32,000 nt of DNA from Acaryochloris marina S15 (GTDB lineage: Bacteria > Cyanobacteriota > Cyanobacteriia > Thermosynechococcales > Thermosynechococcaceae): contig NZ_CP064923.1 in the NCBI RefSeq assembly GCF_018336915.1, positions 660,001-692,000 of the forward strand, read 5' to 3'. Position numbers and translations under genes: made by a program. The notes beneath the pieces were generated by a model that worked only from the letters and a program-made list of their open reading frames with translations, ran no database searches and had not been told where the DNA came from. This document shows, one piece after another, positions 16,119-25,885 of this stretch; position 1 is the stretch's first letter, and each line of letters starts with the position of its first letter.

Positions 16119-16640
16119 ATGACCGTTGAAGAACTTTTAAAGCGCTATGCCAATGGCGAACGAGACTTTAGTAAATCGGATCTATCTAAGCAGGATTTGA
16201 GCCTAGCTCGGCTCGATCATATTGTTTTGCGAGATACCAATTTAAGCCATTCGGCCCTTCATGGTATTGATCTACTGTGTGCCAACTTATCCGCTGCCAA
16301 CTTATCCGCCGCCAAGCTGATCGGAGCTAATCTCACAGGGGCAGATCTAACCAAAAGTAACTTGAGTAATTCGCTATTGAGTGGCGCCATCCTAGTGGGA
16401 GCCTGTTTATCGAAGGCCAACTTACAACGAGCCTCCTTAAATTACAGCGATCTGAGTGGCGTCAATTTCCGAGATGCAGATCTACAGAACGCCAATTTCA
16501 AAGGCGCGAACCTCAGTGGTGCTGACTTTTTAGGTGCTAATTTAGAGCAAATCGATCTCACAGATGCCATTCTGCAAGATACGATTATGCCGGATGGCAG
16601 TATCGCATCTTCAGCGCTTGGGTATGAAGGTAACGTCTAA
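16119..16640 (+). CDS. Pentapeptide repeat protein
   Basis: 173-aa ORF dominated by A(D/N)LxX pentads (ANLSAANLSAAKLIGANLTGADLTKSNLSNSLLSGAILVGACLSKANL...). Confidence 0.9.
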   Translation: MTVEELLKRYANGERDFSKSDLSKQDLSLARLDHIVLRDTNLSHSALHGIDLLCANLSAANLSAAKLIGANLTGADLTKSNLSNSLLSGAILVGACLSKANLQRASLNYSDLSGVNFRDADLQNANFKGANLSGADFLGANLEQIDLTDAILQDTIMPDGSIASSALGYEGNV

Positions 16641-17104
16641 CTAGAGGGGTTAATGCGCATTAGGGTTTGACCGAACTCAATAGGCTCCCCATTTTCCACG
16701 AGAATCTCAACGATTTCGCCGTTAACCTCAGCTTCCAGCTCATTCATTAACTTCATGGCTTCGATAATGCAGATGGTTTGCCCGCGTCGGGCGGCATCCC
16801 CTACTTCTACAAAAGGAGACTCATCCGGTGCGGGGGAACGGTAAAACGTACCTACCATCGGAGAGATCACATCGACCCATTTTTTGTCTGGTGCTGAAGG
16901 GGGAGAAGAGTCTGGAACAGAAGCTTCCAGAGCAGCACCATCTATAACCATTGGCTGTGCGGTCGAAGAGGAGACCGTCGCTGTCGTTTGGTTTGCCTTA
17001 TGGATAGTCAGCTCAAAATCGTTACTTTTAAGACTTAGCTCATCAATATCTGTTTGATTGAGAATCGCTAATAGTTCACGGAGTTGGTTGAGATCAAATT
17101 CCAC
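16637..17104 (-). CDS. accB: Acetyl-CoA carboxylase biotin carboxyl carrier protein AccB
   Basis: 155-aa ORF with the biotinyl-lysine motif EAMKLMNE, a Pro/Ala/Ser linker, and a C-terminal lipoyl-like fold ending GEPIEFGQTLMRI. It sits immediately downstream of efp, as is common in cyanobacteria. Confidence 0.93.
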   Translation of the reverse strand: MEFDLNQLRELLAILNQTDIDELSLKSNDFELTIHKANQTTATVSSSTAQPMVIDGAALEASVPDSSPPSAPDKKWVDVISPMVGTFYRSPAPDESPFVEVGDAARRGQTICIIEAMKLMNELEAEVNGEIVEILVENGEPIEFGQTLMRINPSS

Positions 17105-17119
17105 CGTTGATGTTACTCC

Positions 17120-17677
17120 TTACTCTCTGCCTAGATAGGAGTCGTTGCGGGTATCCACTTTAATTCTTTCTCCTTCAGAAATAAATAAAGGAACCATCAC
17201 CTGCGCTCCTGTTTCTACAATAGCTGGCTTGCTCCCCCCAGTCGCTGTGTCACCTTTCACACCTGGATCGGTTTGGGTGACTTCCAAAACGACTGATGTG
17301 GACAACTCTACTTCTAAAACTCGCTCTCCCCATTGGATGACGTTAACTTCCATACCTTCTTTTAAGTATTTCACGCGAGTGCCAATTTGGTCTTGGCTTA
17401 AGCTAGCTTCTTCGTAGGTTTCCATATCCATGAACACAAATTGATCACCATCTTTATAGGTGTGTTGCATGACCCGCTTTTCCAAATTGGCTTGGGGAAC
17501 TGTTTCTCCCGCGCGAAATGTCCGTTCTACGACACTGCCACTTTGGACATTCTTTAATTTTGTTCGCACAAATGCAGAGCCTTTACCAGGTTTGACATGG
17601 AGAAACTCTACGACTCGCCATACTGAGCCATCAAGCTCAATTGACACACCTGTGCGAAAGTCATTACTGGAAATCAT
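17120..17677 (-). CDS. efp: Translation elongation factor P
   Basis: [47 protein letters not shown]... is a canonical EF-P N-terminus including the KPGKG loop. Starting at Met32 of the track ORF (ATG at 17677) gives the standard 185 aa. Confidence 0.93.
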   Translation of the reverse strand: MISSNDFRTGVSIELDGSVWRVVEFLHVKPGKGSAFVRTKLKNVQSGSVVERTFRAGETVPQANLEKRVMQHTYKDGDQFVFMDMETYEEASLSQDQIGTRVKYLKEGMEVNVIQWGERVLEVELSTSVVLEVTQTDPGVKGDTATGGSKPAIVETGAQVMVPLFISEGERIKVDTRNDSYLGRE

Positions 17678-17865
17678 CGATTTTCGGCATGGGAAGAACA
17701 ATCGGCAATTCATTTTACCGTCCAGGGGGGCTGTCTGGACGTCTAGTTCTCCTTCGCTCTGAAATAACAAGGCAAAACTGGACTGGGATTGACCTTGAAG
17801 GACGGTTTATTGTCCAAATAGATCAGGATATCCCCAGTCTTGAAGCCTCAATGGAATCTATCTGG

Positions 17866-20800
17866 CTACTGAAAAACCCCTTGTTTAACAATGTTCTGCA
17901 ACGGCATTAGCCCGGCAATCAATGCTTTGCGGTCTAAGGGTTGCGACTCTATTGATTGCAGCACAATATTAATTTTGGTCAAGGTATCGACTAGATTCAA
18001 CAACACATTATGCTCAGAAAAGCCTGGCAATAAGTCCACAGCTCCATGGTCTATTACTCTTTGGTGTTCAGAAGGGGCAACTTGGGGTTGTTCGCCATTA
18101 GTAAAAATCAACTTTAGGTGTGGATGATACTCTGCGCACCAGAGGCAGAAATCTTCTAGCTCTGCTAATACAAGGTGTTTATCAATTAAAAGCAAATCGG
18201 GTATTGCATAACCCATCTTTTGCATCTGTGTTAGGGTTTGCCTGACATCTTGTTCTGCTGTCTGCCATGTCACGGATACGCCTTGAGATGTGAGGGCTGC
18301 TTGCCAGATTTCTCCTTGAAATTGTAAGGATTGGGACATCATCACCGTCTTCTCCGACTTTGAGGTTCCAAGATGCCCCAAGGATAAATCCTCAGATTCA
18401 AAGGTGAGCGTTGTTGTCCCGATCGTGATGCGATCTCCCTCTTGTAACAGAGTAGGACGGGTAATGAGTTGACCATTCACAACTACACCAACGTGAGTTG
18501 CAAGGTTGACCAAGTAATAATTACCTGTTCCCATTAACTGAAACATGGCATGTTTGGGGGCAACATTCGGCTCAGCCAGCAAGATATCGCAACTTTGACT
18601 CGTGCCAATCATCCAAGATGTTTTGCCAACTAAAGGCCGATAAGAGTAGGCTGCATTCACTCGCAACTTTAAACGTGCCAGCGTTAGAGAAGAAGTATCC
18701 TCGGGTGACGATTGATAATGATGGGCGAGTAAGTGTTCCATTGAACTGGCATCAATCGGCTTTGAGAAAAAATACCCTTGAGCATATTGACAATTCATGG
18801 CTCTCAATTGAGCAGCTTGCTCAGCCGTCTCTACCCCTTCTGCCACAGCCCTCATGCCCAGATTCTGAGAGAGCATTGTGATGGTATGAACGATCTGTAA
18901 ATTTTCATGGCTATCCATCGCACTGACAAAAGAGCGATCAATTTTGAGAATATCGACGGGAAAACGATGCAAATAGCTCAAAGACGAATAACCCGTCCCA
19001 AAATCATCAATACCCAGTTGAATGCCTAGGGCCTTAATTTCTAGCAATTGTGCAGCTGTTGCTTCAGCATTCTCCATAATGGCGCTTTCAGTAATTTCCA
19101 ATTTCAAACTCTGGGGGGCCAAACCTGTGGTTTGAAGGATTGCCTCAATTTGAGAAATTAGCCCGACTTCGGAAAATTGCTTGCTAGAGAAATTAACACT
19201 GATAAACAAGGGAACATCTAATGGGAATTGCGTTTGCCAGTGGCTGAGCTGTCGACAAGCTTCCTGCAAGACCCACCAGCTAATCGGTAAAATTAACCCT
19301 GTTTCCTCTGCAACTGGAATAAACTCCACAGGCGAAATTAACCCTCGCAAAGGATGATGCCAGCGCAAAAGTGCCTCAAAGCCGACAATTGCTGCCGTTT
19401 CTAAATGAAAAATAGGTTGGTAATGGAGTTGAAATTCTTGACGCTCAATCGCCCGTCGTAGATCGACTTCTAACTGTAACTGGGCAGACGCATTACTATG
19501 CATGTCAGCTGTAAACACTTCCCACTGTGCTTTGCCTAATGCCTTGGCCCGATACATAGCCGCATCAGCATTGTGGAGAAGTTGCTCAGGATCGTCATAG
19601 CCCATCGTACTTAAGGCAACGCCCGTGCTCACTGTAATCAAGACCTCGCGTCCATTTAATTTAAATGGACAGTTTAATGACTCCTGAATGCGCCCGCAAA
19701 CGATTAGGGCATCACTCAGATCTTTAATTCCTTCTAGGAGAACGGTAAATTCGTCACCCCCTAATCGTGCCAAGGTATCGGTTTCACGTACGCAAGCCGT
19801 CAATCTTTCTGCGATTTCTACCAGGAGCTGATCACCTGCTGCATGCCCTAGGCTGTCATTCACGACTTTAAATCGATCTAGATCAAGGAACAGCACAGCG
19901 AAAATTTGATCGGGGTGCCGCTTTACTCGCTTAATGCAATACTCAAGGCGATCCATAAATAGGGATCGATTAGGTAATCCGGTTAGCTTGTCATAGAACG
20001 CATCATGTCTTAGCTGTGTTTCAGCTTGTTTGAGCTGAGAAATATCTGTGATAAATCCTTCTAGCCCTAATGCTTGACCTTGTTTGTTGAAAATGCCATT
20101 TCCTTGTTCTAGAAACCACTTCAACTGACCAGACTTTGTGCGAATACGATACTCCACCGTATAAACCTGCTGTGTTGCGATTGCTGTGGCAATGGCAGCC
20201 GTTAGCTGAGGTAGATTGTCTGGATCGATCAGAGTATTGTAAGTAAGATTGAAAGTCCCTAGTAATTCTTCAGGTGCATATCCTGTGAGCTTTAGGCAGC
20301 CCTGACTTAATGATCGCCGAGACCATCCCAAGTCACTATTGCAGGTAAAAACAATTCCTGGCAAAGAATCGAGTAAAGATTGTAAGTTATGGCCTGGGAA
20401 ATCGAGATGACTTTTCTCTAGATTGTCCCTAGTCGCCTCTTTAGTTTTTTGGGTTTGTGCCGTGGCTGCGACAGTTGTAGAACCATGCTGTTGCATTGAA
20501 CTGCCAGATGGCTCACTTTGCTGTGTTAGCAGTACTGCTTTGAAACAGTGATTGATGTCGGATAAGGGGACAATGTGAAACGGTACAAGCTGCTGATGGT
20601 TATCTGCCTTGGCCAAAAAGTTGGCTGAAGCTTCTTCCTGAATCGGTAAGTTAGAGATAATGGTCGCTAGATTACCGATATCTTCAGGTACTAAATAGTC
20701 ATATAGAAAGTGGGGACATTGATTTTGCTCGTCCCCTGAATTGAAAACCAGTTGATTGTATGCGTCATTAGCGTACAGAACCTTTGGCCCCTTGGCTTCA

Positions 20801-20937
20801 TTAACCGCAGCCTCAATGATTAAGATGGCTGTATTGGCGTCGCATACAACTTTCTCTAATAACTCATGAGTATTTAACTCATAAGCTTCAAATAGCTCAC
20901 TCCCTTTCTTGATATGCTTCCCCACGGAATTACCCAA
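17866..20937 (-). CDS. Multidomain c-di-GMP signalling protein: PAS-like / PAS / GGDEF / EAL / FHA-like / C-terminal receiver-like domain
   Basis: 1023-aa ORF. GGDEF is intact (RLGGDEF) with an RxxD I-site 5 residues upstream (RETD). EAL motifs are intact (EALLRW, DDFGTGYSS, KIDRSF, EGVET, QGYFFSKP). An FHA-like segment covers residues ~755-848 and a receiver-like segment ~865-1000. Confidence 0.92.
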   Translation of the reverse strand: MGNSVGKHIKKGSELFEAYELNTHELLEKVVCDANTAILIIEAAVNEAKGPKVLYANDAYNQLVFNSGDEQNQCPHFLYDYLVPEDIGNLATIISNLPIQEEASANFLAKADNHQQLVPFHIVPLSDINHCFKAVLLTQQSEPSGSSMQQHGSTTVAATAQTQKTKEATRDNLEKSHLDFPGHNLQSLLDSLPGIVFTCNSDLGWSRRSLSQGCLKLTGYAPEELLGTFNLTYNTLIDPDNLPQLTAAIATAIATQQVYTVEYRIRTKSGQLKWFLEQGNGIFNKQGQALGLEGFITDISQLKQAETQLRHDAFYDKLTGLPNRSLFMDRLEYCIKRVKRHPDQIFAVLFLDLDRFKVVNDSLGHAAGDQLLVEIAERLTACVRETDTLARLGGDEFTVLLEGIKDLSDALIVCGRIQESLNCPFKLNGREVLITVSTGVALSTMGYDDPEQLLHNADAAMYRAKALGKAQWEVFTADMHSNASAQLQLEVDLRRAIERQEFQLHYQPIFHLETAAIVGFEALLRWHHPLRGLISPVEFIPVAEETGLILPISWWVLQEACRQLSHWQTQFPLDVPLFISVNFSSKQFSEVGLISQIEAILQTTGLAPQSLKLEITESAIMENAEATAAQLLEIKALGIQLGIDDFGTGYSSLSYLHRFPVDILKIDRSFVSAMDSHENLQIVHTITMLSQNLGMRAVAEGVETAEQAAQLRAMNCQYAQGYFFSKPIDASSMEHLLAHHYQSSPEDTSSLTLARLKLRVNAAYSYRPLVGKTSWMIGTSQSCDILLAEPNVAPKHAMFQLMGTGNYYLVNLATHVGVVVNGQLITRPTLLQEGDRITIGTTTLTFESEDLSLGHLGTSKSEKTVMMSQSLQFQGEIWQAALTSQGVSVTWQTAEQDVRQTLTQMQKMGYAIPDLLLIDKHLVLAELEDFCLWCAEYHPHLKLIFTNGEQPQVAPSEHQRVIDHGAVDLLPGFSEHNVLLNLVDTLTKINIVLQSIESQPLDRKALIAGLMPLQNIVKQGVFQ

Positions 20938-21142
20938 CTTATAATCTGCGCCTTCTACCCTATTTCTATAGTTCCCTAATCTTGAAACAGATCCTTCTTA
21001 ATCTGGTACTTTTCCCAGGACATAAGAAATACTAGAGCCTTCTGAGTATTATCGTGAATCTATTGAGGGAGTAGCATAATTTGGTTAGCAAATTACATTA
21101 AATATATTGATGTTTATCAATGACTTGAGATAGTTTTGGTCT

Positions 21143-22237
21143 TTAGGCTAATGGTAAGAAGACTGATACTTTTGTATGTTGACTTAGCTCACATTTGACT
21201 TGCAACTCACCACCATGCAGCTCTGCAATTAGCTTGGCAATAATCAACCCCAAGCCAACGCACTTATGTAGATAAGAAGGATGGTCAAATTGCATGTGAG
21301 ATCCCAGTTTTGTCAGCTGCTCTGGGCTGGGTCCCTGTCCTTCGTTCGTAATTTGGCAGAAGAATGTTTGGCCATGTACTGAGCTCTTGAGGCTAACGGG
21401 AGTTCCTACAGCTGAATATTTGAATGCATTATCAACAATTTCTTCTATTATTTTTTGTAGTTTTGGCTGTGCTAGGAGTATAGTGGCGTCTTTTAATTCT
21501 AGTTGTAAATCAGATGTTCGGCTGTAGTATTGCGCTTGGGTGCGGGCAATATTAGAAATTACCGCTTTGGTGGCACAAATGCCTGTATTTTTCCTGAATA
21601 TCCGTAGGCGTTGAGGATTTTGCTCTATGCTAGCTAACTCTTGATAAATAAAAACATTTTGGAGCCGTTCGTATAATAGATCTCCCGTACTCTTGATCTC
21701 ATTCAAGAGATCCTTTGCAGGGGTAGTATTCTTAGGGGCCTCATTCTCTTGAGAAGACTGTGCGAGATTAAGAATGTGTTCTAGTGGCTGATGTATTTCT
21801 AAGGGAAGAGATTGAATGAGATCGCAGCAGTGATCACTCCAAGTTGGCCGATCATCAGAGTTATGAATTGATAAGGTCTCTATTTGAGCATTTACTGCTC
21901 CTAATAGCTCGTCTCGTGTAAAGGGCTTGGTTAAATAATCGTTTGCTCCTAACTCCATCCCTAGCCTCAGATCAGTTTTACTGGCTTTTGCCGTTAAAAA
22001 GATAAAAGGAACGGATTGTAAATAAGGATTTTGACGCAGTTGGGTCATGACGCTATAGCCATCAAATTCAGGCATCATGATGTCACAAATCACTAAATCT
22101 GGCATTTCTTCCTGGGCCAGCAAAACGCCGATGTGACCATCTTCTGCATCAATCACATTAAAGTTTTCAGCCATTAATATTTCGCAAATAATACTGCGAA
22201 TGTCATCTTGATCTTCAATGACAAGAACTTTGGACAT
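21143..22237 (-). CDS. Hybrid signalling protein: N-terminal receiver domain followed by histidine-kinase core (degenerate H-box plus HATPase_c)
   Basis: 364-aa ORF. The REC domain has VLVIEDQDD, LVICDIMMP, FLTAK and LTKPF. A candidate H-box is LPLEIHQPLEHILNLA. The ATPase motifs are EEIVDNAFKYS (N-box) and GLGLIIAKLIAELHGG (G2). Confidence 0.85.
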   Translation of the reverse strand: MSKVLVIEDQDDIRSIICEILMAENFNVIDAEDGHIGVLLAQEEMPDLVICDIMMPEFDGYSVMTQLRQNPYLQSVPFIFLTAKASKTDLRLGMELGANDYLTKPFTRDELLGAVNAQIETLSIHNSDDRPTWSDHCCDLIQSLPLEIHQPLEHILNLAQSSQENEAPKNTTPAKDLLNEIKSTGDLLYERLQNVFIYQELASIEQNPQRLRIFRKNTGICATKAVISNIARTQAQYYSRTSDLQLELKDATILLAQPKLQKIIEEIVDNAFKYSAVGTPVSLKSSVHGQTFFCQITNEGQGPSPEQLTKLGSHMQFDHPSYLHKCVGLGLIIAKLIAELHGGELQVKCELSQHTKVSVFLPLA

Positions 22238-22627
22238 GGTGACAATATGCTGTGAAAATCACAAATCTCTTATGGAGAGGCTCAATAGGGCATTGCGCAA
22301 GGTGAATAGAGAGATTCACAAATGACTTTTACCCGGTGGAACCTTTTGGTGAGATGGAGCTAGATCTGGGCCTTGATGGTAAGAGGGGACTTTATCTAGA
22401 ATGCCCATAAACTGGATAGCTTATACTACTCCTTGCATTAAGAAGTGATAGAGAGGGACTGCCAAAACATCAACCCCAAATTAAAGGGTGCAGTATTAGT
22501 TTAGCCTTCCATTTTCCATATTTCTGGCTATTACTAGAAGAAATAGTGAGTTAAGAAGCTGGGTAATTATAGAGAAACTCTAAATAAAGCTAAGTGATGC
22601 ATTTATGAGTGGAAATTGGCTTTAAGA

Positions 22628-23254
22628 CTATAGACTCTCTAACCATCCTTTTATTAACTCTAGTAAGCTGCTTCCTCCCCAAATAAAAGCCACTAGAATT
22701 GAGATGGTTATTGCTGCGCCAAATAAACTGATGACTAAGCCACCCAAACTAATTGCTCCATCATCTTCTAATAAACCAAAGCCAGTGACGAAAATGCCAA
22801 TGGCTGGCACTGTATTGGTCCCTGGGATAGGTATCATCATCGAAATGCCCATCAGCGCCAATATACAGCCCACTACTATGCGGCCCGGTATGCTGGTGCA
22901 AATCGGTAAGAAGCGAGGTCGAGTGATGGCTTCAATGCGTTTGAGCCAAGGTAAAGCCTTTTTTAATATGCCCTGTACTGTCGAGAGGGCAATCGGATGA
23001 GTTGCAAATTTTTGAGGAAACCAGGGTTGCTTAGAGCCAGTAATCAGCTGAACTGCCAGCAGGAAAATCATAATTCCAAAGGGAATTGAGTATCCGGGGG
23101 CAGGGACTGGGAGCGCTGAAGGAAGCGCTAACAAAACAAATAAGACCCCAAAAACTCTTTCTTCTGCTAGAGCCAGCAATTCTTGCAAAGTTACATGAGG
23201 AGGATGTTCGTTGTCTATGAATGTGCGCTGGAGTTCTGATGACAGGCGTGCCAT
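22628..23254 (-). CDS. ExoD-family membrane protein (exopolysaccharide synthesis ExoD-like)
   Basis: 208-aa ORF with 4-5 hydrophobic segments. The N-terminal pattern ...TLQELLALAEERVFGVLFVLLALPSALPVPAPGYSIPFG...Q...G...PWFP matches my memory of ExoD (PF06055). Confidence 0.7.
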   Translation of the reverse strand: MARLSSELQRTFIDNEHPPHVTLQELLALAEERVFGVLFVLLALPSALPVPAPGYSIPFGIMIFLLAVQLITGSKQPWFPQKFATHPIALSTVQGILKKALPWLKRIEAITRPRFLPICTSIPGRIVVGCILALMGISMMIPIPGTNTVPAIGIFVTGFGLLEDDGAISLGGLVISLFGAAITISILVAFIWGGSSLLELIKGWLESL

Positions 23255-23523
23255 AAAAAATTGAGAGCAACCTCATGCATGGTAGGCGATTACGCAAAGA
23301 ATACAGCAAAAAGACCTGCTCAGGAGGAACAATTGTCAGAGACTATGGACGCTCAATGATATCTTTGGAGACTGAATCTATGAAGTTTGCCAGAATTCAC
23401 TGATAAATTATTCAAGATAGCTAATACAGCAATCATTCATTATTCCCCGCCAAATATATATAAAATGCCTCACTATAATTAACAGAGGATCAAATAAGTA
23501 CACCCATTGTTGAGAAGGATCAT

Positions 23524-24909
23524 ATGAGCCCACAAGTTTTGACGCGAGATTATAAAGTTGCGGATATTTCCCTAGCAGAATGGGGACGCAAAGAGATGGC
23601 CATTGCTGAGGGTGAAATGCCTGCATTGATGGCGATCCGTGCGAAATACTGTGATAGTAAGCCTTTGCAAGGGGCCAAAATTATTGGTTGTATTCATATG
23701 ACCATTCAGACGGCAGTCTTGATTGAGACGCTCTGTGAGTTAGGAGCAGAAGTTCGTTGGTCTTCCTGTAATATTTTTTCCACTCAAGATCATGCAGCAG
23801 CAGCGATTGCCGCAGCAGAGATTCCTGTATTTGCCTGGAAGGGTGAAACCGAAGACGAATACATGTGGTGCATTGAGCAGACTTGCCGCACGCCCGAAGG
23901 TGCACTTTGGGATGCAAACATGATTTTGGATGATGGTGGTGACCTAACAGGTCATATCCATGAGAAATATCCCGATATGCTTAACCATATTCATGGCGTA
24001 ACGGAAGAAACCACCACAGGGGTGCATCGCTTACTAGAAATGTTGGAGAAGGGGGAACTAAAAGTTCCTGCTATCAATGTTAATGATGCGGTGACAAAGT
24101 CCAAAAATGACAACAAGTATGGTTGTCGCCATAGTCTGAATGATGCGATTAAGCGTGGCACAGATCACCTCATGTCTGGTAAGAAGGCCTTAGTGATTGG
24201 CTATGGTGATGTGGGCAAGGGGTCTGCTGCTTCTCTGCGACAAGAAGGCATGATTGTCAAAGTCACTGAAGCAGATCCCATCTGCGCGATGCAGGCCTGT
24301 ATGGATGGCTTTGAAGTGGTCTCTCCCTTCAAGAATGGTCAGAATGACGGTACTCTCAACTCCATCAACAAGGACCTTTTAGCCCATACGGATCTAGTGG
24401 TAACCACCACAGGTAACTTTAATGTTTGTGATGCCAATATGCTGGCTTCCCTCAAGCAAGGGGCCGTAGTTTGCAATATTGGTCATTTCGATAATGAAAT
24501 TGATACGGCCTATATGCGCAAAACCTGGCGTTGGGAAGAGGTCAAACCTCAAGTTCATCAGGTGTATCGAAGTGATGATCCGCTAGACTTTTTAATCTTG
24601 CTTTCGGAGGGTCGCTTAGTGAACTTAGGAAATGCAACGGGGCACCCCTCCCGAATTATGGATGGATCTTTTGCTAACCAAGTTTTAGCGCAAATGCTTT
24701 TGTTTGAACGTAAGTTCGCTAACTTGCCTGCAGATCAGAAAGCTTCAGCCATCACTGTAGAGTTGCTACCTAAGCAGTTAGATGAAGAAGTTGCCCGGTA
24801 TATGGTGGAAGGTTTTGGCGGTGTGATTACACAGCTAACTTCTGAACAAGCTCAGTACATCAACGTTCCGGTTCAGGGACCCTTTAAATCTGAGAGTTAC
24901 AAGTACTAA
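23524..24909 (+). CDS. ahcY: Adenosylhomocysteinase (S-adenosyl-L-homocysteine hydrolase)
   Basis: 461-aa ORF with [28 protein letters not shown], the NAD-binding [18 protein letters not shown] and the C-terminal ...[20 protein letters not shown] lies upstream of the ATG. Confidence 0.95.
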   Translation: MSPQVLTRDYKVADISLAEWGRKEMAIAEGEMPALMAIRAKYCDSKPLQGAKIIGCIHMTIQTAVLIETLCELGAEVRWSSCNIFSTQDHAAAAIAAAEIPVFAWKGETEDEYMWCIEQTCRTPEGALWDANMILDDGGDLTGHIHEKYPDMLNHIHGVTEETTTGVHRLLEMLEKGELKVPAINVNDAVTKSKNDNKYGCRHSLNDAIKRGTDHLMSGKKALVIGYGDVGKGSAASLRQEGMIVKVTEADPICAMQACMDGFEVVSPFKNGQNDGTLNSINKDLLAHTDLVVTTTGNFNVCDANMLASLKQGAVVCNIGHFDNEIDTAYMRKTWRWEEVKPQVHQVYRSDDPLDFLILLSEGRLVNLGNATGHPSRIMDGSFANQVLAQMLLFERKFANLPADQKASAITVELLPKQLDEEVARYMVEGFGGVITQLTSEQAQYINVPVQGPFKSESYKY

Positions 24910-24928
24910 GTCTTTTAAGACTAGTATT

Positions 24929-24968
24929 CCTAATAGCCCCGAATATATGAATGGTTGGGGCTATTAGG
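24929..24968 (+). terminator. Stem-loop downstream of ahcY (terminator candidate)
   Basis: Perfect 12-bp inverted repeat CCTAATAGCCCC (24929-24940) / GGGGCTATTAGG (24957-24968) with a 16-nt loop, followed by GGCTCTTGTGTCTGTT (T-rich). It starts 20 nt after the ahcY stop. Confidence 0.55.
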
Positions 24969-25201
24969 GGCTCTTGTGTCTGTTAATAATGCAGAGTATC
25001 TGAGGTTTATAAGGATGTGTAGATATTCCTTATAGGCCTTTTGTGTATTCATGGCGGATTTATGAATGCGCTGGTGATTGGAACAAAGCGGTGCTGATTC
25101 CTATCGAGGGGAGTTAGGGTTCTTGCTTAGGATAGCTGCCATTCGGGGGATGGAGTCTGGGAGTGTCAGGCAAAAGTTTGTGTGGTATTTCAGGAGTATC
25201 T

Positions 25202-25885
25202 ATGAAAATTTTTTCTAACTGCATTGCTCAATACAAGCAATATCTACGAGTCGCCTCTTTTTCTCTACTAGTATTCGGAAGTGTTTCCATCGGTTCAGAA
25301 ACCTTACGTGCACAGTCTCTGCCAGAGACGTCGTCCCCTGCTGGCAAGCAAGCACCATCCAACACGGAAAATGCCTCCAGTCCTGAGGCCCAAGCGCCTA
25401 CACCATCAGTGCCTGAGACGGTGCGATTGGGAGATGATCGCTATGCTCAAGCCGATTATAAAGGAGCCGTAGAGGCTTACAGCCAGGCCTTACAAGCCTA
25501 TAAGCTTAATGCCTATGCACTCTATAATCGGGCCAATGCCTATCGGCAGTTAGAAGAGTATGAGGCTGCGATCGCAGATTACACTACGGCTTTACAAATT
25601 GCCCCTGATAACCTGTTTGCTTACCTTTACCGAGGCATGGCTCAATACGAGCAGCAGCAGCCAGCCGCCGCCATTGCTGATTTCTCTAAAGTCATTGAAC
25701 TCAACCCTAAGCATGCCCTCGCCTTTCAAAAACGGGGTGAAAGCCATTTAGCCAACGACAATGCAACCGCAGCCATTCAAGATTTAGAGCAAGCAGAAAA
25801 GCTATACGAAAAAGAAGAGAAATTTCGCAAAGTCAGCCAAGTGCAGAAAAAACTCAAACAAGCTAAATCGGCTCAAGCTAAGTAG
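25202..25885 (+). CDS. Secreted TPR-repeat protein
   Basis: Signal-like N-terminus (FSLLVFGSVSIGSETLRAQS), then 3-4 TPR units (YNRANAYRQLEEYEAAIADYTTALQIAPDN, YLYRGMAQYEQQQPAAAIADFSKVIELNPKH). I prefer the ATG at 25202, with AGGAG 7 nt upstream, to the GTG at 25163 in the track. Confidence 0.8.
   Translation: MKIFSNCIAQYKQYLRVASFSLLVFGSVSIGSETLRAQSLPETSSPAGKQAPSNTENASSPEAQAPTPSVPETVRLGDDRYAQADYKGAVEAYSQALQAYKLNAYALYNRANAYRQLEEYEAAIADYTTALQIAPDNLFAYLYRGMAQYEQQQPAAAIADFSKVIELNPKHALAFQKRGESHLANDNATAAIQDLEQAEKLYEKEEKFRKVSQVQKKLKQAKSAQAK

Noticed and set aside
15911-16129. 72-aa plus-strand ORF between the DUF1350-like and pentapeptide genes
   Set aside because: No RBS, a Cys/Trp/Arg/Gly-rich random-looking translation, and an overlap with both neighbours' ends. 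It is probably the pentapeptide gene's promoter region.
17678-17770. 31-codon N-terminal extension of the efp ORF (similar extensions at 27276-27347 for the PfkB gene and 30356-30436 for the epimerase gene)
   Set aside because: Conserved family N-termini begin at the internal Met (MISSNDFR..., MSNPQVLCLGE..., MRILMMGGTRFIG...). The extensions have atypical composition, and for PfkB a GGAG precedes the internal ATG.
23255-23523. Possible SAH riboswitch upstream of ahcY
   Set aside because: I could not find the conserved SAH-element core as I remember it, nor the pseudoknotted helices. The region is AT-rich with a TATAAT at 23474-23479 and looks like a plain promoter and leader. An Rfam cmscan (RF01057) would settle it.
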